A program made the position numbers and the translations under genes. Below are positions 48,993-58,595 of a stretch of DNA of 64,000 bases, one piece after another; position 1 is the stretch's first letter; the number at the start of each line of letters is the position of its first letter. The notes below the pieces were generated by a model that searched no databases, was not told the origin of the DNA, and worked only from the letters and a program-made list of their open reading frames with translations. The stretch comes from a virus (taxonomy: Duplodnaviria; Caudoviricetes), in IMG/VR virus record IMGVR_UViG_3300010354_014876, positions 544 to 64,543 of that record. The stretch is one strand, 5' to 3'.

Positions 48993-49294
48993 AAGTTCAA
49001 ACCGATGAAATTATAAGTAGAACGGGTCAAGATGCAGTATCATTTCTTGATGGTGCGACTGGAGGAACTGCGGGAGGAAATGGTAGGTTTATCGTAACTT
49101 GCACATCAACATCTTTTATTGGAATATCTACTTTTGGAACTTTAAATACTGTTAATGATGTCCATACCTCTGGAATTGTGACAGCATTATTTTTTCAAGG
49201 TGGTGGGCAGGAACTGACAAATATTACTAGCATTTCAATTGCAAAAAGTTATGCATTAAAACTCATTATTTCAGATCCACCTTTAAGATCATAA
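48989..49294 (+). CDS. small fibre-associated paralog B4
   Basis: GIVTALFFQGGG..LTN...I.KSYALKL..SDP..RS, like B3. Confidence 0.65.
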   Translation: MKVQTDEIISRTGQDAVSFLDGATGGTAGGNGRFIVTCTSTSFIGISTFGTLNTVNDVHTSGIVTALFFQGGGQELTNITSISIAKSYALKLIISDPPLRS

Positions 49295-49299
49295 ACTGT

Positions 49300-49307
49300 T
49301 ATAAATA
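49300..49307 (+). promoter_or_regulatory. T4-type late promoter
   Basis: TATAAATA upstream of 49340. Confidence 0.7.
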
Positions 49308-49339
49308 ATCAAAGTAAATTAAACAATTTATAAAAAAAC

Positions 49340-49714
49340 ATGGCTGCTCCAAATATTGTAGGTGTAACAACTATTCTTGGTGTAACAACCAGTGCTCAAT
49401 TGTCAACATCTCCTGTCACTATTGTCAGCAACCCAGCAAATAGTGGCAAAGTTTATAAGATTAATACTATTATTGCTGCAAACGAAACTGCTGCTACAGC
49501 AACAGTAACAGTTCGTTATAATGATAATGCTGCAGGTGCTGGAACTACAGTTACACTTGCAAATGGAATTGATATCGCAACAAAATCAACTCTCGTTGTT
49601 CTTGACAAGGCATCTTCAATTTATCTAGAAGAGAATAGATCAATCACTGCTTTAAGTGGAACCGCAAGTGCAATTGATCTTGTCGTATCTTATGAAGATA
49701 TCACCAATCTTTGA
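49340..49714 (+). CDS. virion protein (MAAPNIV family)
   Basis: MAAPNIVGVTTI.G...KVYKINTII.AN...IYLEENRSI...SYE. Confidence 0.8.
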   Translation: MAAPNIVGVTTILGVTTSAQLSTSPVTIVSNPANSGKVYKINTIIAANETAATATVTVRYNDNAAGAGTTVTLANGIDIATKSTLVVLDKASSIYLEENRSITALSGTASAIDLVVSYEDITNL

Positions 49715-49737
49715 TATTTAAATAAAGGAGAATCACA

Positions 49738-50175
49738 ATGGCAGATCCAAACGCACTTTATTCCTATCAAGGAGGAGAGCCACAACCTCTTCCTAACGAA
49801 ATTCACTATGTTGAAGATTGGGGTGGAACCAACTTTAGACAAGGTGTAGAAACTTTTACTGATGAAGAACTTACAAGAGCAGGTTATACTGGACCTTTTA
49901 CAAGACCAGAGTTTGACCAAGAACTAGAAACTCAAGCATGGGATTCTGATCTTCAAGAATGGGTTACTACACCAATTCCTGATGAATTTTTCTGGGAAAG
50001 ATTGAGAGCAGAAAGAGACTATAAACTTGCAATTTCTGATAGAACTCAACTTGCAGACGCACCTTTAACAAGTGCTAAAAAAACTGCATGGGCTACTTAT
50101 CGTCAGGAATTAAGAGATCTTCCTGCAAATACCGAAAATCCAAGAGAAGTTACTTGGCCAGTTCAACCGGAGTAA
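49738..50175 (+). CDS. tail fibre assembly chaperone-like protein (cassette B)
   Basis: MADPNALYSY as 46345; LRAERDYKLAISDRTQLADAP...WATYRQELRDLP...WP. Confidence 0.82.
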   Translation: MADPNALYSYQGGEPQPLPNEIHYVEDWGGTNFRQGVETFTDEELTRAGYTGPFTRPEFDQELETQAWDSDLQEWVTTPIPDEFFWERLRAERDYKLAISDRTQLADAPLTSAKKTAWATYRQELRDLPANTENPREVTWPVQPE

Positions 50176-50178
50176 AGT

Positions 50179-50727
50179 ATGGCTCCTTTTAGACCACAAA
50201 ACTTAAATAAAAGACTTGTAAGTGAAACTGGTGGAAATGGTGGAGTTATTGGACCCACAGTTGTTCCATATTTGTGTGGAGCTCTTTCTCTAGGATCTAG
50301 ATGTTCTGGTGGGTGTTGTACCGGAAGATTTACTTTAAGTGAATCTTATTGTGGAGTAAAGTGTTTATGCAATAATGCACTGGTAGATTGTAAAGGTTTC
50401 TTTATTTGTTGTGGCCCTTCAACTACTAAATGGTTTGCAGCACCCTCTTCTACTGAAGTGTCTAGAAATTGGTTTAATAGAGGAGATGCAGTAACTGTAG
50501 CAAACTCATGTATGGGATCCTGTGGATGGTTTGTTCCTGAATGTAACCAACTCCAGAATCCAGGATATACTTGCTCCGTTCACTGGGACGATACTGGAGG
50601 CTGGTATTGGTCCAATAGCGAAGGAGGTGGACTTGGTATTATGGTACTCCTGTCTAATGGGTTCACTTTAGCCAACGGTAAAAATCACACAAATTCTGTT
50701 CGTGCCTTTAGATGCACATCAACTTGA
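50179..50727 (+). CDS. Cys-rich DUF1566/CLec-like protein, paralog 2
   Basis: MAPFRP start, GFFICCG, WFVP, QNPGY, YWSNSE, VRAFR. Confidence 0.75.
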   Translation: MAPFRPQNLNKRLVSETGGNGGVIGPTVVPYLCGALSLGSRCSGGCCTGRFTLSESYCGVKCLCNNALVDCKGFFICCGPSTTKWFAAPSSTEVSRNWFNRGDAVTVANSCMGSCGWFVPECNQLQNPGYTCSVHWDDTGGWYWSNSEGGGLGIMVLLSNGFTLANGKNHTNSVRAFRCTST

Positions 50728-50763
50728 ATTAATATAAACTTTATTATTTTTTAATTATATAAA

Positions 50764-51114
50764 ATGAGTATAATAATTGGACTGTATGGATCATTTGAAT
50801 GGGAAGCAAATCAAATTTTTGATAAAGAAAGTTCTCATAGATCAATGATTCATGATAGTGGGGTTACTTTATTTAAGAATGGAAATCATGTATGCAGCAT
50901 TTCTGAGGAAAGATTAAGTAAAATAAAAAATGATGGGAATTTTCCTATCAATTCTATAAATTATTGTTTAAATTATGCAAATATTTTATGTGAAGAGGTG
51001 GATTACGTATATATTCCATCAATGTGCGTGGATATTTTTTATAAGAAGTGGTATGATAATGTTATTCATGAAAAAATAAAAAATATTTTTCCAAATTCTG
51101 AAATAAAAAATTGA
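50764..51114 (+). pseudogene. N-terminal fragment of a NodU/CmcH-type carbamoyltransferase
   Basis: HDSGVTLFKNG, SISEERLSKIKNDGNFP; stops at 116 aa before the HHxxH motif. Confidence 0.65.
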
Positions 51115-51221
51115 TTGATTATGTTTGATAGTAAAATTATATGCTTCTAAAAATTTTACTATTACTTGATTTTTAATTTCATATAAATTATAATAACATA
51201 TAAATTTACCTGAAACAAAAC

Positions 51222-51842
51222 ATGAACTTAATACCAATTTATTCTGTCCCTCTGTGGCAATCAGAATACCCCGAGTTTGAAAAGGAAAAACAAATTATTT
51301 TAGATGCTTGTAAAAGATATAGACAAGAAAATCCGTCTTCAGAGACAAAATCAAATGTTGGTGGATATCAATCACCTAATTTTCTTCATGCAAAAGAAGA
51401 ATTAGCACCTCTTTTTGAATATATTTGTCAGATGGCATTTAAAGCATGTGCAGACCTTGATTTTATTGATTGCGACGTTGCTCTCACTGAATCTTGGGTG
51501 AACATCAATGATAGTCGTCAATGTATGAATGGAGAGCATGTACACGGAGAAGTTTTCTCTGGGGTATTTTATCTTCAAGCACCGGAAGAAAGTGGAAAAC
51601 TTAATATTATCAATCCAGCAATCAATCGTATGTGGAAAGGTTGCTCACTAACTTCACAGAAAAATCAGTTTACTGCAGAAAGTATAAAAATTGAACCAGT
51701 TGAGGGTGATATCATCTTATTTCCCTCATATCTTCCACACTCAGTAGAAACCAATAATCATGATGGGGAGAGAATTTCAATTTCCTTTAATGTCATTGCT
51801 CTTCCAAAAGGTTCTATAAATCAGCAAGTTTCTAACGAATAA
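51222..51842 (+). CDS. 2OG-Fe(II) oxygenase-like protein (TIGR02466-like)
   Basis: SNVGGYQS, WVNIN, H.H..FSGVFYL, LFPSYLPHSV, RISISFN. Confidence 0.85.
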   Translation: MNLIPIYSVPLWQSEYPEFEKEKQIILDACKRYRQENPSSETKSNVGGYQSPNFLHAKEELAPLFEYICQMAFKACADLDFIDCDVALTESWVNINDSRQCMNGEHVHGEVFSGVFYLQAPEESGKLNIINPAINRMWKGCSLTSQKNQFTAESIKIEPVEGDIILFPSYLPHSVETNNHDGERISISFNVIALPKGSINQQVSNE

Positions 51843-51870
51843 ATAAAGTTAACTAATAAAAAATTCTAAA

Positions 51871-52416
51871 ATGGCTCCTTTGAGACCTGCAAATTTAAAT
51901 AAAAGAAGAATAAGTGCAACTGGCGGAAATGGTGGAGTTATTGGACCCACTAAGACTCCATACGTATCCCTTGAGTTAGGATGTCGTTGTTGTGGAGGAC
52001 TTAGTTCCGGAAGATTCACTTTAAGTGAATCTTATTGTGGAGCAAAATTTGCAGAGATTGTAGATTTTAAGGGTTTCTTTATTTGTTGTGGTCCTTCAAC
52101 CACTAAATGGTTTGTAGCACCTTCTTGCACTGAAGTATCAAGAAACTGGTATACTAGAGGAGATGCAGTAACTGTAGCAAATTCATGCATGGGATCTTGT
52201 GGATGGTTTGTTCCTGAATGTGGTCAACTCCAGAATCCCGGATACTCTTGCAGAAATTTTTGGGACTCATATGTATCTGCTTCATACTGGAGCAATACAG
52301 ATTTTAATGGTATTACACGATCATGGTCTGTAAGTTTAGTTGATGGCACGGCATCCAACTATAGTCTTCAAAACAGTGTATGCTGCATTCGTGCTTTCAG
52401 ATGCACCACTACTTGA
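51871..52416 (+). CDS. Cys-rich DUF1566/CLec-like protein, paralog 3
   Basis: MAPLRP start, near-identical core to 50179, YWSNTD...IRAFR; AATAAATA at 51838. Confidence 0.75.
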   Translation: MAPLRPANLNKRRISATGGNGGVIGPTKTPYVSLELGCRCCGGLSSGRFTLSESYCGAKFAEIVDFKGFFICCGPSTTKWFVAPSCTEVSRNWYTRGDAVTVANSCMGSCGWFVPECGQLQNPGYSCRNFWDSYVSASYWSNTDFNGITRSWSVSLVDGTASNYSLQNSVCCIRAFRCTTT

Positions 52417-52446
52417 TCTTTAAAAAATTATATAAATTATAAATGA

Positions 52447-52968
52447 ATGAATGAAAGTATAATATCAAAAAAAGAATTAAATTATATTCTTGAGTTTGTT
52501 AATGTAAATGAAGATTTATTTGTAAAAAATACAATTTCTTCTAATAGAAAATATTTAACTTTATATAGAAACTTAAATCCTCCCAGTTTATTTTTTGAGA
52601 TTAAAAAAAGAATTTTAGATAGAGAAAAAATTATAGACAATTACATTGATGATGTATTTTCCTATGGTGATTTGTATGGAGATTATATAGGGTTCATTTC
52701 TGATGGTGGAAAAATACATTACCACAAAGATCAAACATTACAAAAATATAAACTTATCAGATTTAATTTATTCTTATCTGTTCCAGAAAAAGGAGGACTT
52801 CCAATATATAATGGAGTAACTATACCAGTAAATGTTGGAGATTATATCAGATGCAATTCAAGTGAAGAACATCATGAGTGTGAAATGGTTGAAGGTGATA
52901 TTCCAAGAATCATAATATCATATGGAATTTATTTGAAACAAAAAAATAAACTTATCAATTACTCATGA
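52447..52968 (+). CDS. 2OG-Fe(II) oxygenase-like protein
   Basis: HYHKD (HxD), RFNLFLS.PEKGG, distal H, R.IISYG. Confidence 0.7.
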   Translation: MNESIISKKELNYILEFVNVNEDLFVKNTISSNRKYLTLYRNLNPPSLFFEIKKRILDREKIIDNYIDDVFSYGDLYGDYIGFISDGGKIHYHKDQTLQKYKLIRFNLFLSVPEKGGLPIYNGVTIPVNVGDYIRCNSSEEHHECEMVEGDIPRIIISYGIYLKQKNKLINYS

Positions 52969-53798
52969 AAAAATATTATTTTATCTCCGGACTTCCAAGG
53001 TCTGGTTCCACATTACTTTCTTCTATTCTTAAACAAAATCCTGATTTTTATGCTGATATTGCATCACCTGTAGAATCTCTCACAAGAACTGCAGTTGATG
53101 TAATTACAAGTTCTGAGAATAATTTTACAATGACAGAAGACCAAAGAAAGAACTTAATGTATGGAATTTTTGATGGTTACTATAAACACATAGATAAACC
53201 AGTCATCTTTGATAGTTCAAGGGCTTGGACAAAGAAAACAAACTTTCTAAAGGCACTCTTTCCTTACACTAAAATGTTATGTCCAGTCAGAAATATTGTT
53301 TCTATTTTGAACTCTTTTGAAGTTATTTCCTCTAAAAATCCATTTCACACTAAGACACTCACAGAACATAGGGACAATGTGTTTGTAAGATGTGATGAAA
53401 TGATGGATAAGAATGTTGGAATTGTTGCTGGGCCGTGGATTTTACTTCAAGAAGGTTATGCTCTCAACCCAGAAATGATACACTTTATTGAATATGAGAA
53501 CCTATGTAAGGAACCAGAAAAAACAATGAGAAAAGTATATGAGTTTCTTGAGAGACCTTATTATGCCCACGATTTTGAAAATGTAGAATACTCAAATGAA
53601 AACTTTGATAAGTCGTGTAATCTCAAAGACCTACATACAGTCAAAAGAAAAGTGGAATATAACCCACCAAGATGTGTGCTTCCTCCAGAAATTGTGAAAA
53701 AATATCAAGAAATGAATATGGAGTTTTGGAGAGCAGGACATAAAACTGACCCAGATATTATTGGAAAATTAGATAAAAAATTTATTGAGTATAAATGA
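52965..53798 (+). CDS. sulfotransferase family protein
   Basis: SGLPRSGSTLL PAPS-binding loop, VRN..SILNS, YENLCKEPE. Confidence 0.85.
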   Translation: MKKYYFISGLPRSGSTLLSSILKQNPDFYADIASPVESLTRTAVDVITSSENNFTMTEDQRKNLMYGIFDGYYKHIDKPVIFDSSRAWTKKTNFLKALFPYTKMLCPVRNIVSILNSFEVISSKNPFHTKTLTEHRDNVFVRCDEMMDKNVGIVAGPWILLQEGYALNPEMIHFIEYENLCKEPEKTMRKVYEFLERPYYAHDFENVEYSNENFDKSCNLKDLHTVKRKVEYNPPRCVLPPEIVKKYQEMNMEFWRAGHKTDPDIIGKLDKKFIEYK

Positions 53799-53799
53799 T

Positions 53800-54735
53800 A
53801 TGAAAATTATTAACATTGACGGTGGAATTGGAAGAATAATTGCATCCCTTCCATCACTTCTGAAATATCATCAAAATCACCCAGATGAAGAGTGGTATGT
53901 TTCTATTCCTGGATGGGATTATGTTCCTCTTGGTATTCCAGAACTTCAAGAAAGAACTATAAATCCAGATACTAAAGGTGTCTGGGAAAATTATTTTATG
54001 AAGGCGGATGAAGTAGTTTCTCCAGAACCTTATCGTCTTCCTAATTTTTATAAAGGAAAAATATCACTTGCAGAAGCATTTGACGAAATTATTAATGAAA
54101 CAGAAGATCATAGTGATTTAAATTATGAAACATTAAATCTTTCTCATGCAGAAATTCGTAGAGGACAAGAAATTATTTACGAAGCTTATGAAAAACAAGG
54201 AAAAGATCAGACTATAGTTTTTAATCCTTATGGTTCTTCCGCAATGGTAACTCCATTAAATGGGGTGTGTGATGATAGTTTGAGATCCATTCCAGAAGAT
54301 ATGTTCAATGAACTTTATAAGTTACTGGCAAAGGATTATAACGTTATCTACATGGGATACAGACACCTTCTCAATCCCGATGATCAATTTGTATATACAC
54401 CTCAACAAGATCTTCATATTCGTGAGTGGATGGGAGTAATCTCTCAAATTGATTATTTGATTGGTTGTGACAGTGTTGGGCAACATATTGCAAGGGCAAC
54501 AGGAACTCAAGGATGCGTAATTATGGGTGGAACTGATGCAGTCAATATGTCATATCCTGATCATTTTAGAATTATTCAAAGAAAAAAACCAGTTTATTCA
54601 CCAATGAGAATTTCTGGACTCCAATCAAATCTTGCAGAGAGACTAAACAAAGAATGTATTGAATATACTGATGATGAAATTCTAGATACATATGAAAAAA
54701 TAAAGAATGATTTAAAAAATATAATCAATGATTAA
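53800..54735 (+). CDS. glycosyltransferase (GT9/heptosyltransferase-like)
   Basis: GGIGR N-terminus, IREWMGVIS..DYLIGCDSVGQHIARA. Confidence 0.7.
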   Translation: MKIINIDGGIGRIIASLPSLLKYHQNHPDEEWYVSIPGWDYVPLGIPELQERTINPDTKGVWENYFMKADEVVSPEPYRLPNFYKGKISLAEAFDEIINETEDHSDLNYETLNLSHAEIRRGQEIIYEAYEKQGKDQTIVFNPYGSSAMVTPLNGVCDDSLRSIPEDMFNELYKLLAKDYNVIYMGYRHLLNPDDQFVYTPQQDLHIREWMGVISQIDYLIGCDSVGQHIARATGTQGCVIMGGTDAVNMSYPDHFRIIQRKKPVYSPMRISGLQSNLAERLNKECIEYTDDEILDTYEKIKNDLKNIIND

Positions 54736-55642
54736 AGTTCCGCATTTAGAATGGCACGTAGCACATTCATGCAACCTTTCATGCGAAAGTTGTATTCACT
54801 TTACCAATCACAACCACAGTGAGATTATTTCTATTGAAAAATTGAAAGAATGGTATTCTTTATGGAATAAAAAAATATCACCCAAAACAATGATATTGTT
54901 GGGTGGAGAACCACTTTTAAATAGAGACATAGTAGATATTGTTTACTTGACTAGAGAAATGTGGACTCAACCAAAGAATGGAAACTATTGGATTACTACA
55001 AATGGATTATTACTAGAAAATCATCCGAAGTTGCCAATTGCTCTTAGAGATACAAAGTGTATGCTTCAAATCTCAATTCATGGAAATGAAAGGGCACAAC
55101 AATATTATGAGAGAATTAAAAAAGTCTTCTCTCTAATCGAAGATTGGGGAACAAAGTATAACATAAAGTTGGTTAAATGTAATAGTGATGAAGAGTTTAA
55201 ACAGTTACAACCGAATGAGAATGAAACTTATGTAGTGTACAGGGATATGGTAGAAGATTGGACGAGAGCATACAAGGGATTTGGTATAAATTTAGAACCA
55301 TTTGAAGATAATGATATAAAACAAAGTTGGAATAATTGTGTGGCAGGAAAAGAATGTTTTCAACTATATGAAGGTAAAATATATAAGTGTTGTATGACCG
55401 CATATTTACAACTTCAAAAAAATAAGTATGGAAATAAATTATCGAGGAAATGGAATACATATTTACATTATGAACCACTGAATGCAGATTGCTCCGATGA
55501 AGACATCATTGAATTTTTTAATAGAAAAGAAGAATATGTTTGTGGAATGTGTCCAAAAAACCCACAGGTTTTCTTAAAAAAAGATCCTACAATACCTGTG
55601 AGTTTTTATGAAAAGAACAACAATTTAAAATACTCTTATTGA
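54728..55642 (+). CDS. radical SAM protein with C-terminal Cys cluster
   Basis: CNLSCESC (CxxxCxxC), GGEPLL, TTNGLL, C-terminal C..C...KCC...CGMCP. Confidence 0.9.
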   Translation: MIKVPHLEWHVAHSCNLSCESCIHFTNHNHSEIISIEKLKEWYSLWNKKISPKTMILLGGEPLLNRDIVDIVYLTREMWTQPKNGNYWITTNGLLLENHPKLPIALRDTKCMLQISIHGNERAQQYYERIKKVFSLIEDWGTKYNIKLVKCNSDEEFKQLQPNENETYVVYRDMVEDWTRAYKGFGINLEPFEDNDIKQSWNNCVAGKECFQLYEGKIYKCCMTAYLQLQKNKYGNKLSRKWNTYLHYEPLNADCSDEDIIEFFNRKEEYVCGMCPKNPQVFLKKDPTIPVSFYEKNNNLKYSY

Positions 55643-55652
55643 TAATTGCTAT

Positions 55653-57188
55653 ATGAAAATACTATCAATACCAATTTTAGCCCACGATACTTCATGTTGT
55701 ATAATTGAAAATGGTAAAATTTCTTCCTATATTATGGAGGAAAGATTTTCAAGAGTAAAGCATGATTTAAGGTTGGATTGTATCTTAAAAAAGTTGGTGG
55801 AACAAAATGAGACTGAATTTGATGATTTAATTATTTCGAAATCATTTTTAGATGAATATACTTATTCATTAAATAAATTAACAAAAAAATTAGAAAAATT
55901 TAAATACAATAATTTCATAATAGATGATAAAAATCATCATCTTTATCATGCATATTCTGGATTTTTTAATTCTAATTTTGAAGAAGCAATTTGTTTTTCT
56001 GTAGACGCTACTGGGGCAGTTGTTGAAGGTGAGTTTGTGGAAGTAGAAACGGTATATATTTTTAAAAGGGGACAAAAAGAAAAAATAATTTATAAAAAAA
56101 GAAGAGAAAGTTTATATGATCAATCAGAAGAAAAAATAAGTGTTGGTGAAAAATATCTATCTAAATGTAAAAAATTTGGATATAATCCAATTGATGGAGC
56201 TGGAAAACTAATGGGGTTGGGCCAATACAAAAATAATAAAAATGAATTGCAATATCCACATAATACAAAAGAGTGGAAAGAAAGAGTTGATGAAGCATAT
56301 AATCTTCAACAAGAAACACAAACTTATATCTTAAATCTTATTCAAAAATATACAGAAGAAACTGGAATTAAAAATGTAGTCATCTCAGGTGGTTATGGTT
56401 TAAATTGTGTTGCAAACTACCATTATCTTAGGAATCTAAAAGACATTAGTTTTTATATTGATCCAATTTGTTTTGATGCTGGCATTAGTATTGGTGCTGC
56501 ATACTATCATTACATTCAATCTACTCAATCTACTCAAAATAATCAATTAATTCAACCACTCCAGAATGCATATATTGGATATCAAGAGGAATCTTATAAC
56601 TTAAGTGGTCTTGAAACTCAAAGAGTTTCTTACAATGACATAGTTGACTTACTTCTTCAAAAAAATATTGTTGCATTATTTCAAGGTAAGTCTGAGGCAG
56701 GCCAGAGAGCACTTGGAAATCGTTCATTACTTTTTGATCCAAGAATTTCCAATGGTAAAGATATTGTGAATCAAATTAAAAAAAGAGAAAACTTTAGACC
56801 TTTTGCCGGAACCATCCTATTAGAAGAAGCATCAAAATGGTTTAACATGTTTTCATTAGAAGAAAGTCCTTATATGCAATATGCAATGGATGCTTATGAA
56901 AATGCTATAGAGCAAGTTCCTGCAATTATTCACGCAGATAATACTTGCAGAATACAAACTGTAACTCAAGAACAAAATAAACACTTCTACAATCTCATTT
57001 CTTGTTTTTTTGAACAAACTGGGGTTCCTATTCTGTTAAACACAAGTTTCAATCTTGGTGGAGAACCTTTAGTTGAAACTTTTGAACATGCACTACATAC
57101 TCTTAGAAATAGTATGATAGAATACTTGTACTTACCGGAAATAGAGACTTTAATCACAATTAAAAATAGAAAATTACAATATCAATGA
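55653..57188 (+). CDS. carbamoyltransferase (NodU/CmcH family)
   Basis: HDTS, EERFSRVKH, HHLYHA, GKLMGL, SGGYGLNCVAN, RALGNRS, KKRENFRPFA, LNTSFN. Confidence 0.92.
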   Translation: MKILSIPILAHDTSCCIIENGKISSYIMEERFSRVKHDLRLDCILKKLVEQNETEFDDLIISKSFLDEYTYSLNKLTKKLEKFKYNNFIIDDKNHHLYHAYSGFFNSNFEEAICFSVDATGAVVEGEFVEVETVYIFKRGQKEKIIYKKRRESLYDQSEEKISVGEKYLSKCKKFGYNPIDGAGKLMGLGQYKNNKNELQYPHNTKEWKERVDEAYNLQQETQTYILNLIQKYTEETGIKNVVISGGYGLNCVANYHYLRNLKDISFYIDPICFDAGISIGAAYYHYIQSTQSTQNNQLIQPLQNAYIGYQEESYNLSGLETQRVSYNDIVDLLLQKNIVALFQGKSEAGQRALGNRSLLFDPRISNGKDIVNQIKKRENFRPFAGTILLEEASKWFNMFSLEESPYMQYAMDAYENAIEQVPAIIHADNTCRIQTVTQEQNKHFYNLISCFFEQTGVPILLNTSFNLGGEPLVETFEHALHTLRNSMIEYLYLPEIETLITIKNRKLQYQ

Positions 57189-57832
57189 ATATTCTTACAA
57201 AAGATGAAAATAACAAAGACATAATATTAGATCCCACTCTAAAACATCAAATTATGATGGAGTGGGAAAAACCATATATGGAAGCATGTATTCAAAAACT
57301 TCAACCATTTGGTGATGTTTTGGAAATTGGATTTGGATTGGGATATTCAGCAACAGAAATACAAAAATTTCCAATCAAATCTTATACCGTTATTGAGTGT
57401 GATGTTGGTGCATATCAAAGGGCTTTAAGATGGAAAGAAAAGTATAAGCATCAAATTAATATTATTCACGATAGATGGGAAAATGTTTATAAATTTTTAC
57501 CAAAATTTGATTGTTTGTTTTTTGATGATTATGACATTAAAACTTTAGAATTATGTAAAATAGATAACTCAATACTTTGTAGAAATATTGATTTTATTGA
57601 TAAAATAAAGAATAATTTAAAACCTACTACAAAGTTTTCTTTCTATTGCGCAACAAATAAAAACGAAATAGAGAAATATAAAAAGCAATGGATAAGATTT
57701 TTAGGGAAAAAATGTTCTCATATTGATTTTGAGGAATATGATATAGACGTTCCAAATAATTGCAAATATATAGTAGATCAAATTTTATACTGTCCTCTGA
57801 TAGAAATAAAAGAGATTTTTAATTATTATTAA
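57185..57832 (+). CDS. class I SAM methyltransferase (GAMT/RMT2-like)
   Basis: MMEWEKPYM, DVLEIGFGLGYSA, TVIEC, FDCLFFD. Confidence 0.85.
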   Translation: MNILTKDENNKDIILDPTLKHQIMMEWEKPYMEACIQKLQPFGDVLEIGFGLGYSATEIQKFPIKSYTVIECDVGAYQRALRWKEKYKHQINIIHDRWENVYKFLPKFDCLFFDDYDIKTLELCKIDNSILCRNIDFIDKIKNNLKPTTKFSFYCATNKNEIEKYKKQWIRFLGKKCSHIDFEEYDIDVPNNCKYIVDQILYCPLIEIKEIFNYY

Positions 57833-57833
57833 T

Positions 57834-58595
57834 ATGACTAAACCAATACAAGTATTTTTAAGGCAATGCTACTATTCAAAACTTCAAGAACTTCCAGATC
57901 GCACGAGACCGTCTTGGTTCAATAAAACTAAAGCATTTCACAATTTTAAAAACACTATAGACTTAAAACTTGCAGATTATCATATTGTTTATGACGAATT
58001 TTATGGTGATATCAAAAAAACTTTTCTTGCCGATGAAAAGGATGTAAAAATTATTAATTATGGAAGTGAGTGTGATAGTTTTATTGAAACTTTAAATTAT
58101 GTGGTATCAAAAAATTATTCACCAGATACTATCATTTATTTTTTGGAGGATGATTATATACATCGACCAAATTGGTGCAAAATATTACTTGAAGGATTTA
58201 CTTTAGGATCCTCTTATGTAACTCTTTATGATTTTGATTATTTTTTAAATGATGAAATTATGTGTAGACTTTTCACAACGAAAAGTACTCATTGGAGAGT
58301 TGTTCCAGCAACAACAAACACTTTTGCTTGTAAATTTTCTACCTTGTTAGAAGATTATGAAATTCATAAGGAATCGTCTTTAAATGGAATTAAGGAAGAA
58401 GATGGGTTTCATTTTTCTAAAGATTATGATAAATTTTGGAAGTTGTCTCAAGATTATAATAAATATGTGATATCTTGCTTACCTGGATATTCTACTCATT
58501 GTGATGCAAATCATATTTCTCCATTTATTGATTGGAAAGAAGTAATAAATCAAAATTTTATCATTGAGAACAAAAAATTTAAATTGAATTATTAA
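57834..58595 (+). CDS. glycosyltransferase (GT-A fold) -like protein
   Basis: IYFLEDDYIH (EDD motif), YVTLYD, STH. Confidence 0.65.
   Translation: MTKPIQVFLRQCYYSKLQELPDRTRPSWFNKTKAFHNFKNTIDLKLADYHIVYDEFYGDIKKTFLADEKDVKIINYGSECDSFIETLNYVVSKNYSPDTIIYFLEDDYIHRPNWCKILLEGFTLGSSYVTLYDFDYFLNDEIMCRLFTTKSTHWRVVPATTNTFACKFSTLLEDYEIHKESSLNGIKEEDGFHFSKDYDKFWKLSQDYNKYVISCLPGYSTHCDANHISPFIDWKEVINQNFIIENKKFKLNY

Noticed and set aside
50570-50727. Active VRs in tip paralogs 2 and 3 (also 52260-52416)
   Set aside because: The segments are divergent but contain many A/G-ending codons and indels, so the NNY signature is weak; at most old, drifted VRs.
56515-56540. Short tandem repeat CAATCTACT-CAATCTACT-CAA in the carbamoyltransferase
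   Set aside because: An in-frame 9-bp duplication in an interdomain linker; no evidence of function.
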